36,870 nucleotides of DNA from Thermostichus sp. DRC_bins_24 (GCA_039794845.1 JAUQVK010000050.1:1-36870), one strand, 5' to 3'; counted from the stretch's first letter, positions 29,673 to 36,870 are shown. Notes: generated by a model not told the origin, from the letters alone. Translations and numbers: made by a program.

Positions 29673-29842
29673 ACGAAACGCAACCGACCCAAGAACTTCC
29701 AGGCAGGATGCCGTCCGGTTTGGCATCATCCTCCCAGATCTCTCGACGCAGATTAAAAATACGACTTAAAATGTAACAATACTTAGCAAATGCCGGCGTT
29801 TTTCTGGCTCAGGCTGAAAGGTGTTGTGCCCCCTGCAAATCT

Positions 29843-30139
29843 ATGGCAACGATCCGCTTCGTCAACGAGAACCAAGAGATCTTCGTCGCCGATGGCGCCA
29901 ACCTGCGCCTTAAGGCGCTGGAAAACCAGATCGATCTCTACAAGATGATGGCCAAGCTGATGAACTGTGGCGGCTACGGCCAGTGTGGAACTTGCGTGGT
30001 GGAGGTCATTGAGGGATCCGAAAACCTCTCGCCGCGTACCGAAGCTGAAAACCGCAAGCTGAAGCGCAAACCCGATACCTACCGCCTCGCCTGCCAGACC
30101 AAAGTGCTAGGGGATGTTTCTGTCAAGACCAAGCCCTAA
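29843..30139 (+). CDS. 2Fe-2S ferredoxin-like protein
   Basis: [11 protein letters not shown]...RLACQ. It lies divergent from psbB and upstream of psbM, the usual cyanobacterial synteny. Confidence 0.94.
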   Translation: MATIRFVNENQEIFVADGANLRLKALENQIDLYKMMAKLMNCGGYGQCGTCVVEVIEGSENLSPRTEAENRKLKRKPDTYRLACQTKVLGDVSVKTKP

Positions 30140-30224
30140 GACAAGCCCGCCCGTTCTCCTTTTGCGCAAGCCGCACCCGAGAATGATATGCTGACTGCCA
30201 GTTGGGTTCGCGGCATTCGAAGCT

Positions 30225-30332
30225 ATGGAAACAAATTACTTGGGCCTTTTGGGCACAATGTTGGCCATTTTGGTGCCCGCCATCTTTTTGGTGATTCTGT
30301 ACGTGCAAACCTCCAGTAAGTCTGGTGACTAA
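30225..30332 (+). CDS. psbM: Photosystem II reaction center protein M
   Basis: Below the ORF-track length cutoff. Manual translation gives [35 protein letters not shown]. Confidence 0.95.
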   Translation: METNYLGLLGTMLAILVPAIFLVILYVQTSSKSGD

Positions 30333-30378
30333 CTGGCGACTCCTGCCGGTCGGATTCGGTGAAGGATGCTTCTGGATT

Positions 30379-30420
30379 GAAGGGATCCCTTTTTGAAAGA
30401 GGGGATCCTTTCTTTGTGAC
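30379..30420 (+). terminator. Intrinsic terminator after psbM, built from two GGGATCC(C) motifs
   Basis: GAAGGGATCCCTTTTT-GA-AAGAGGGGATCCTTTC followed by TTTGTGACTTTCTTTC. Confidence 0.65.
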
Positions 30421-30472
30421 TTTCTTTCTGGATAAAGGGGCGGTTTTAACCAGCTCAAAAACCAAACCGTAA

Positions 30473-30674
30473 CTAAACTGTTGCTTGGGCTGCCATTGCC
30501 TGGGCAAAAGTTCCTGCAGGCTCATACAAAAGCTCGAACAGGTTGCCATCGGGATCCTTGCCATAAAAAAAAGAGGCCGGGCCATCCCGATGACTGTGAA
30601 TTGACCGTGAATTGCCCCCACCGGGATCTCTTGAGATTTCAAGTGAGATTTCAAGCGTTGATGTTCCCGCCCCA
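30473..30674 (-). pseudogene. Decayed duplicate of the 3' end of the VOC gene at 31278-31670
   Basis: Aligns to 31292-31459. It carries an 11-nt frameshifting duplication, a 12-nt duplication and an A5-to-A8 expansion, and keeps its own ending ...AQAMAAQATV*. Confidence 0.88.
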
Positions 30675-30679
30675 AGAAT

Positions 30680-31078
30680 TTAGGGGACGCCCATTTCTCG
30701 TTTCACGGTGGGTAGATCCGGCAAGATTTGCGGCACATCCATCACCTCAAGCCCAAGCAGCATGGCCATGTTGTTCCACTTTTCCTCATGGAGAATGTAG
30801 GTATAGGCTAAATCTACTGGAAAGTCATTTAGGTATAGGGAATAGTAATCGTCTAAACCGGTGTAATAGACAGCAATCGCATCCACCACCAGAAATTCCG
30901 ACTGCGTATCTCCACAGGGCTGACAGAAAAAGCGCACCTCTTGATCCAGATCAATGAGGTTACCGGCTCGAACGGCATCGGCTCGGCTAATGTAGCTGGC
31001 TTGGTCGGCAGAGGCAGCTGCCCCCAGCCAATGTGTGACAACAACTGCAAGACCTGCGATCCAGAGCAGTCTTCTCAT
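30680..31078 (-). CDS. Orphan secreted protein with a CxxC motif (132 aa)
   Basis: GGAG RBS, signal peptide MRRLLWIAGLAVVVTHWLGAAASA, motifs FFCQPCGD and VDLAYTY. Visibly AT-richer than neighbours and has no GGGATCCC. Confidence 0.78.
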   Translation of the reverse strand: MRRLLWIAGLAVVVTHWLGAAASADQASYISRADAVRAGNLIDLDQEVRFFCQPCGDTQSEFLVVDAIAVYYTGLDDYYSLYLNDFPVDLAYTYILHEEKWNNMAMLLGLEVMDVPQILPDLPTVKREMGVP

Positions 31079-31277
31079 GACCGTTCTCCAAAGGATGATC
31101 GACAGTAGACAACTGAAAACTAGCACTTCAGCTGTTTGGCTTCTGTGATCGGGATCCCGGCTTTACCGGGCTTGAGGCAGGGCATCCCGGTAGAGAACCT
31201 CGAACACCAGCAGCGTCCGAAGGATGTAGACGTCACACCTGTGTTATCGCCGGAAAAGGCTGTAACCCACTCAAAAA

Positions 31278-31670
31278 TCAGGAATTGGACATTGCCTTTG
31301 CTGCCATGGCTTGGGCAAAAGTTCCCTCAGGCTCATACAAAAACTCGAACAGATTACCATCGGGATCCTTGCCATAAAAAGAGGCCGTGCCATCCCGATG
31401 ACCGTGAATTGCCCCCACCGAGATCCCCTGAGATTTCAAGCGTTGATGTTCCCGCTCCAGTTCTTGCAGATCCTTGAAGACAAAGCCAAAATGCGGCCCT
31501 GCCGAGCGATACCCCGGCCCCAGCAGCGCCAAGCCATCCTCTCCCGCCTTCATGTAGGCCCAATCGTCATCTTGCCAAACATTGACCATGCCCAACTGAC
31601 GGTAAAACTCCACCGCCTTGGCAATGTTTTCTACCCGAACGGCGACATGCCCGAGTTGCTTGAGTACCAT
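31278..31670 (-). CDS. VOC (glyoxalase) family protein
   Basis: LGHVAVRV, FYRQLGM, HFGFVF, HRDGTASFYGKDPDGNLFEFLYEP. Confidence 0.92.
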   Translation of the reverse strand: MVLKQLGHVAVRVENIAKAVEFYRQLGMVNVWQDDDWAYMKAGEDGLALLGPGYRSAGPHFGFVFKDLQELEREHQRLKSQGISVGAIHGHRDGTASFYGKDPDGNLFEFLYEPEGTFAQAMAAKAMSNS

Positions 31671-31845
31671 GTCATCCTCTACCTTCTAAACCGATGCTCT
31701 ATCGAGCTCACCGCGACTGGTTCTTCTGTCTATCCCCTAGCATAACTTGCGTCTGGGAAAGGCAGAATGTCGGTCGGTACAGCCCCCGGGTTTCCTACGG
31801 CTTGGTCTGTACTTTTGTCTCCCACCCCGCCGGAAGGTTTCAACC

Positions 31846-31887
31846 TACATACATACATTCATACATTTATGTGACTGTATGTGACTG
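31846..31887 (+). repeat. (TACA)n microsatellite followed by a TATGTGACTG x2 direct repeat
   Basis: TACATACATACATTCATACAT then TATGTGACTG-TATGTGACTG. Confidence 0.7.
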
Positions 31888-31946
31888 GTGGCCCCACTGG
31901 CGTGCCTTGAGCGCAAAGGGCTGTATCAGCAGACAATCTGGAACCT

Positions 31947-33248
31947 TTACAACGTCAGGGATCCGACCTTTTGCTCCAGCAACTGAGCCAAATCTTGTAA
32001 GAATGCAGCGGCATGGGATCCGTAAATGACGCGGTGATCGCAGGTGAGGTTCACCTGCATTTGAGACTTAATGGCAATCGCGTAAGCGGAGCGGAGCTCT
32101 TTCGCCTTTTCGGGTGTTGCCACCACCGTCGGGCGAGAGGCCCCAATGGCCAAAATGGATCCCTGGTTGGGGGGCAAAATGGCATCAAAACGATCCACCC
32201 CGAACATGCCCAAGTTGGAGAGGGTGAAGGTGCCGCTGTTGTACTCTTCCGGTTGCAGTTGCTTTTGGCGGGCCCGCTCCACCAGATCTTTCCAACGACG
32301 AGAAATCTCGTACAAATCCAGTCGATTTGCCTGTTTCAGCACGGGGGTAATCAGCCCGCCATCTTCCATGGCTACCGCCACCGCAAGGTTGATATCGGCT
32401 TTGTAGTGGATGCCACCCTCGCTGTAGCTGGCATTCAACAACGGGTGTTTCTCCAGCGTGAGGGCGACGGCTTTGGCCAAAAGGGCCGTCATGGTCACCC
32501 CTTTCGGTTTCACCTGCCTGTAGAGTTCATCCAGGCCATCGGTGGTGATGGTATAGCCCACATGAAACACCGGCACACTGAGGCTGGCATTCATGTTGCG
32601 CACGACAGCCGCTTGCAGGGTGCTGAAGGGAACCGTCTCTCCTAGGGGTGCGGCCACCGCAGGTATAGGGGTTGGGGTCGGGCGAGCCACCACGGCAGGC
32701 GTAGAGGCCGGGATCCCTTGGGCAGCAGCCCGTTCCACATCCTCGGCCACGATGCGACCGTTGGGGCCGGAGCCGCGCAGGGTAGTCAGATCGATTTTCA
32801 GGTCTTCCGCCAGCTTCTTGGCACGGGGAGAAGCCAGGACTCGTCGGGATCCCGAACCATTGGGGGAGCTTGGGGCAGCCACAGCTCCGACAGGAACCGC
32901 CACAGGGGCAGGGCTGGATGCGGGTGGAGCGGCAGGAGCAGAGGGAGGAGGAGCAGCCCCGCCGCCGGAGAGGGCTTTAGCCTTTTCTTGGGCCTGGGCT
33001 ACTTCCGCTTCACTTTCGGCAATCAGGGCGATGGGAGCACCCACCGGAGCAGATTCCCCGGCAGGCACCACAATAGAGGCAAGGATGCCCGCGTAAAACG
33101 ACTCCACATCCATGTCGGCCTTATCCGACTCCACCACCAGGATGTTTTCTCCTTTCTCCACGCGATCTCCCGGATGTTTAAGCCAGGAAACAATCTTGCC
33201 CATTTCCATCGTGGAGCTGAGGGCAGGCATGGAGACTTCGTGGATCAT
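31947..33248 (-). CDS. pdhC: Pyruvate dehydrogenase E2, dihydrolipoamide acetyltransferase
   Basis: MPALSSTM, lipoyl motif VESDKADM, E3-binding ASPRAKKLA...GSGPNGRI, GTFTLSNLGMFG, catalytic CDHRVIYG. Confidence 0.96.
   Translation of the reverse strand: MIHEVSMPALSSTMEMGKIVSWLKHPGDRVEKGENILVVESDKADMDVESFYAGILASIVVPAGESAPVGAPIALIAESEAEVAQAQEKAKALSGGGAAPPPSAPAAPPASSPAPVAVPVGAVAAPSSPNGSGSRRVLASPRAKKLAEDLKIDLTTLRGSGPNGRIVAEDVERAAAQGIPASTPAVVARPTPTPIPAVAAPLGETVPFSTLQAAVVRNMNASLSVPVFHVGYTITTDGLDELYRQVKPKGVTMTALLAKAVALTLEKHPLLNASYSEGGIHYKADINLAVAVAMEDGGLITPVLKQANRLDLYEISRRWKDLVERARQKQLQPEEYNSGTFTLSNLGMFGVDRFDAILPPNQGSILAIGASRPTVVATPEKAKELRSAYAIAIKSQMQVNLTCDHRVIYGSHAAAFLQDLAQLLEQKVGSLTL
32079..32102 (-). 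repeat. 24-nt double-hairpin element inserted in frame (KELRSAYA)
   Basis: Minus strand GCG[AAA-GAGC-TCC-GCTC-CGC-TTAC-GCG]ATTGC with a GCGA direct repeat at both ends. Confidence 0.72.
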
Positions 33249-33339
33249 GGTGGATGGCACACAAAGGAGCTAGCAGGAAAGATTTTAACCTAGGGTGTCG
33301 GATCCTTGCGCACCCCATTCCCATCCAGACTACATCCAC

Positions 33340-35796
33340 CTAAGATTGCTCGGCTTCCGCCACCAAAAGCAGGGTTTTGAGCAGCGAGTCGGGGTTGAGG
33401 CTAATCGAATCGATCCCTTGTTTCACCAAGAAGCGGGCGAACTCTGGATAGTCGCTGGGGGCCTGGCCACAGATGCCGATCTTGCGACCCTGCTCTTTCA
33501 CGGTGCCGATTACCTGAGCGATCATCCGTTTAACGGCTTCGTTGCGCTCATCAAAAAGGTGCGAGACCAAGGCCGAGTCTCGATCCAGCCCTAGGGTGAG
33601 CTGGGTGAGATCGTTGGAGCCAATGGAAAAACCATCGAAAATACGGCAAAATTCATCCGCCAAAATCACATTGCTGGGCAACTCGCACATCACGTACACT
33701 TCCAGGCCGTTTTCGCCGCGAATCAGCCCATGGCGAGCCATCTGGGCCAACACTTGCTGCCCTTCTTCTGGGGTGCGACAGAAGGGGATCATCAAAACGA
33801 CATTGGTCAAGCCCATTTCATCCCGCACCCGCTTCATGGCGCGACATTCGAGGGCAAAGCCTTCCTGATAGCGCGGATCGTAGTACCGAGAAGCCCCCCG
33901 CCAGCCGATCATCGGGTTTTCTTCCGCCGGTTCGTAGCGGGATCCCCCCAACAGGTGGGCGTATTCGTTGCTCTTGAAATCCGAGAGGCGCACGATCACG
34001 GGCTTGGGATAGAAGGCGGCGGCGATGGTGCTCACCCCCTGGGCCAGCTTGTCGACGAAGTATTCCGGCTTATCCGGATACTGGTAGGTCAGCTCCGCCA
34101 AGCGGGGTTCCTCTTTCACCGCCTGTTCGTAGTTGAGCAAAGCCAGCGGGTGCACCTGAATGTGGTTGGCAATGATAAACTCCAGACGGGCCAAGCCCAC
34201 CCCATCACAGGGGATCCCGCTCAGGCCAAAGGCTTTTTCCGGGTTGCCGATGTTCATCATCAGTTGGGTGCGGGGGCGCGGCAGATTCTCCAATGGGATC
34301 TCCTGAACCTCGTAGGGCAGCAGGCCGGGATAAACCCGCCCTTCTTCTCCTTCAGCACAGGAAATGGTGATCGGCTGGCCGGAGCTGAGCACCTGAGTGG
34401 CATTTTCGCAGCCGACAATTGCCGGGATCCCCAGCTCGCGAGCGATGATCGCCGCATGACAGGTTCTGCCCCCCTGATTGGTGACGATGGCGCTGGCCTT
34501 TTTCATGATCGGTTCCCAGTCGGGATCGGTTTTGTCGGTAACCAGTACCTCCCCGGCCTGAAACTGATCTAGCTTGTGCACATCCAAAATCAGCCTTGCG
34601 GTTCCTTGGCCAATGGCTTCCCCCACGGCACGTCCGCGTACCAAGGGTTCTGGTCGGGCCTCGGAGCTGGTAAAGCGATAGGTTTTCAGCAAGTTGGCCG
34701 CCTTTTGGGATTGCACCGTCTCGGGGCGTGCCTGCACGATGAAGAGTTCTCCGGTGATGCCGTCTTTGGCCCACTCGATATCCATCGGCGTGAAGTGACC
34801 GTGCTGGGCCGAGTAATGCTCTTCGATCAGACAGGCCCACCGAGCCAACTTCAAAATTTCTTCATTCTTAAGAGCGTATTGCTTGCGCAGGCTCTCAGGG
34901 ACGGCCACATTTTTCGTGAAGCGGGATCCCCCTTCGTCGTAGATCATCTTCAACTCTTTGCTGCCCAGCTTGCGGGAGAGAATCGGGCTGAAGCCTTGCC
35001 GGAGGGTGGGTTTAAACACCACATATTCATCTGGGTTGACGATCCCCTGCACCACGTTTTCCCCGAGGCCGTAGGCGGCGGTGATCAACACCGCATCTTT
35101 GAAGCCGGTTTCCGGATCGATGGAGAACATTACCCCCGAAGCGGCCAAATCCGAGCGCACCATCTTCTGTACCCCCACCGAAAGGGCAACTTGAAAATGG
35201 TCAAAGCCCTTGATCTGACGATAGGAAATGGCTCGGTCGGTGAACAGGCTGGCAAAACAGTGGTGGCAGGCATCCAGTACGCCCCGTACCCCGTGCACGT
35301 TCAAATAGGTCTCTTGCTGGCCGGCAAAGCTGGCATCCGGCAGATCTTCGGCAGTGGCACTGGAACGAACCGCCACATCGGTATCCTGGCCGTACTGGGC
35401 ACACAGGGTGAGGTAAGCCTCCGTGATTGCCCGCTGTAACTCCAGCGGGAAGGGGGTATGCAGGATCAGGGCCCGGGCTGCCTTGCCCCGATGGCGCAGG
35501 TTGTTCACATCTTCTACGTTCAAATCCCGGAAGATCTCGCGCAGTTTTTCCTCCAAGCCCCCAGAGGCGATGAACTGACGGTAGGCATAAGCGGTGGTGG
35601 CAAACCCCGTCGGTACCTGGATCCCCCGTGGGGCCAGCTGTTGCATCATTTCCCCCAACGAGGCGTTTTTCCCGCCCACCTGGGCAATATCCTGTAGACC
35701 CACCTCTGCCAAGGGCAACACCAAAGGGGGCTCCGGCAACAGCCAGCGTTCTTGCTCTTGTTGAGGCCGGGATCCCATAGTTGTTCCATCCGACAT
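33340..35796 (-). CDS. ppsA: Phosphoenolpyruvate synthase
   Basis: VGGKNASLGEM, VAVRSSATAEDLPDASFAGQQ, phospho-His GGRTCHAAI, SDFKSNEY, FSIGSNDLTQ, GICGQAPSD. AAGGAGG RBS. Confidence 0.98.
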   Translation of the reverse strand: MSDGTTMGSRPQQEQERWLLPEPPLVLPLAEVGLQDIAQVGGKNASLGEMMQQLAPRGIQVPTGFATTAYAYRQFIASGGLEEKLREIFRDLNVEDVNNLRHRGKAARALILHTPFPLELQRAITEAYLTLCAQYGQDTDVAVRSSATAEDLPDASFAGQQETYLNVHGVRGVLDACHHCFASLFTDRAISYRQIKGFDHFQVALSVGVQKMVRSDLAASGVMFSIDPETGFKDAVLITAAYGLGENVVQGIVNPDEYVVFKPTLRQGFSPILSRKLGSKELKMIYDEGGSRFTKNVAVPESLRKQYALKNEEILKLARWACLIEEHYSAQHGHFTPMDIEWAKDGITGELFIVQARPETVQSQKAANLLKTYRFTSSEARPEPLVRGRAVGEAIGQGTARLILDVHKLDQFQAGEVLVTDKTDPDWEPIMKKASAIVTNQGGRTCHAAIIARELGIPAIVGCENATQVLSSGQPITISCAEGEEGRVYPGLLPYEVQEIPLENLPRPRTQLMMNIGNPEKAFGLSGIPCDGVGLARLEFIIANHIQVHPLALLNYEQAVKEEPRLAELTYQYPDKPEYFVDKLAQGVSTIAAAFYPKPVIVRLSDFKSNEYAHLLGGSRYEPAEENPMIGWRGASRYYDPRYQEGFALECRAMKRVRDEMGLTNVVLMIPFCRTPEEGQQVLAQMARHGLIRGENGLEVYVMCELPSNVILADEFCRIFDGFSIGSNDLTQLTLGLDRDSALVSHLFDERNEAVKRMIAQVIGTVKEQGRKIGICGQAPSDYPEFARFLVKQGIDSISLNPDSLLKTLLLVAEAEQS

Positions 35797-36108
35797 ACCC
35801 CACCTCCTTAACCAAGGGTTGCGATGATTGGGTACAGGAGAAAGACTCCTTGACTGACCCGCTTTCTGTTAGGGGGCCATACTTTCACTCTACTGAGGAG
35901 TTTCCTCCGGGTGAAACGCCTGAATATCCCTTACAGAAAGGCTCAGAAGGGGATGAGACAAAGGGGATCGCAGGGGATCCGATTGGGGCGGTTGCTACAA
36001 TTCTTTGGCCTTCGTTACCCAAAGCAAAAATGGCCGGGCTGCCACAATGGAAACAACAATGGAAACAATAGAAACAAAACAGGGGTGTTTTGATCGGGCA
36101 AATGCGCC

Positions 36109-36870
36109 ATGAACGATAGAGTCATCGGGGTTGAAGACCACCCCGATCTTCGGCGAGGGGCTGACATTCGCCAGGTGACGGTAACCGAAAGGCAGCAGGG
36201 ATCCCGATTGGATCGGGGTTTGGCTGAGCAACTTCCGGATCTGTCTCGGTCTCGACTGCAACAGTTGATTCGGGAGGGCCAGGTTTGGCTGAATGGGGAT
36301 CCCTGTCTGGATAAAAATCGCACCTTGCAAGCGGGGGATCAGGTTGAAGTGCGGATCCCGGCGGCAACTCCCCCGACCCTGCAAGCGGAGCAGATCCCGT
36401 TGGATATTCTCTACGAAGATGCCGACCTGATTGTGCTCAACAAACCCCGCGATTTGGTGGTGCATCCTGCCCCCGGCCACAGCAGCGGCACCCTTGTTCA
36501 TGCACTCCTAGCCCATTGTCCCCATCTGTCGGGCATTAACGGTGAACAGCGCCCAGGCATTGTGCATCGCCTCGACAAAGACACCACCGGTGCTCTGGTG
36601 ATCGCCAAACATGATCAGGCTCACCAACATCTACAGGCTCAAATTCAAGCCAAAACTGCCCGACGCATCTATCTGGGGGTAGTGTTTGGTCGTCCGGCCC
36701 AAAGCCAGGGCACCCTCTCCGCTCCGATAGGGCGGCACCCGGTGGATCGACAAAGAATGGCGGTGGTGGAGGCCCACAAAGGCCGCTCGGCGGTGACCCA
36801 TTGGCAAGTGCTGGAGCGATTGGGCAACTACAGCCTGATGCAGTTTGAGCTGGAAACCGGGCGTACCCAT
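36109..36870 (+). CDS. rluD: RluA family pseudouridine synthase (RluD-like with S4 domain); runs off the right edge
   Basis: Not in the ORF track. Manual translation gives RLDRGLAEQLPDLSRSRLQQLI (S4), LDILYED, NKPRDLVVHP, RPGIVHRLDKDTTG and LETGRTH. Confidence 0.9.
   Translation, partial: MNDRVIGVEDHPDLRRGADIRQVTVTERQQGSRLDRGLAEQLPDLSRSRLQQLIREGQVWLNGDPCLDKNRTLQAGDQVEVRIPAATPPTLQAEQIPLDILYEDADLIVLNKPRDLVVHPAPGHSSGTLVHALLAHCPHLSGINGEQRPGIVHRLDKDTTGALVIAKHDQAHQHLQAQIQAKTARRIYLGVVFGRPAQSQGTLSAPIGRHPVDRQRMAVVEAHKGRSAVTHWQVLERLGNYSLMQFELETGRTH

Larger units (their letters stand above)
218..36303. repeat. Highly iterated palindrome GGGATCCC dispersed through the window
   Basis: About 60 exact copies by manual count (e.g. 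218, 903, 954, 4185, 4233, 6337, 30382, 36296). About 1 would be expected by chance. Canonical GCGATCGC was noticed only about twice. Confidence 0.92.

Noticed and set aside
30223..30675. 150-aa minus-strand ORF starting MGREHQRLK
   Set aside because: It is the frameshifted VOC pseudogene fragment reading on through a terminator and antisense to psbM, not a real gene.
33730..35439. Long antisense ORFs (280 and 287 aa) opposite ppsA, and similar ones opposite other genes
   Set aside because: They are shadow ORFs caused by GC-rich codon bias of the real gene on the other strand and show no protein motifs.
1..36870. CRISPR array, IS/transposase, prophage or defence system
   Set aside because: There are no regularly spaced repeats with unique spacers and no ORF with transposase, integrase, Cas, nuclease or phage motifs.

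Overview
This is a gene-dense stretch of core chromosome from a thermophilic unicellular cyanobacterium, most likely Thermostichus (Yellowstone-type Synechococcus). The evidence is psbB/psbT/psbM, a cyanophycinase, and about 60 hand-counted copies of the GGGATCCC palindrome in place of canonical HIP1. Gene order: cphB (partial), small conserved ORF, fasciclin protein, DUF3134, murF, YqeY, copper amine oxidase, PAS-GAF-GAF histidine kinase, tRNA-Arg(UCU), small ORF, CIA30-ArnT-radC operon, aldose epimerase, conserved hypothetical, VOC protein, rlmD, dnaX, two hypotheticals, argC, small ORF, comB-like, ABC permease, purS, purQ, response regulator, psbT, psbB, ferredoxin, psbM, a decayed VOC fragment, an orphan secreted protein, a second VOC protein, PDH E2, ppsA and rluD (partial). 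I saw no CRISPR array, transposase, integrase or prophage. The most interesting signals are below gene scale. (1) A family of about 24-nt double-hairpin elements with compensatory stem changes: three sit in frame inside genes (aldose epimerase, VOC, PDH E2) and one is intergenic. (2) Many near-perfect 10-12-nt tandem duplications, two of which arose inside a pseudogene copy. (3) An orphan gene captured between two divergent alleles of a VOC gene 3' end. (4) GGGATCCC pairs forming stem-loops at gene ends. (5) A perfect NtcA box between the amine oxidase and the kinase. All calls come from reading the sequence; no database searches were run.
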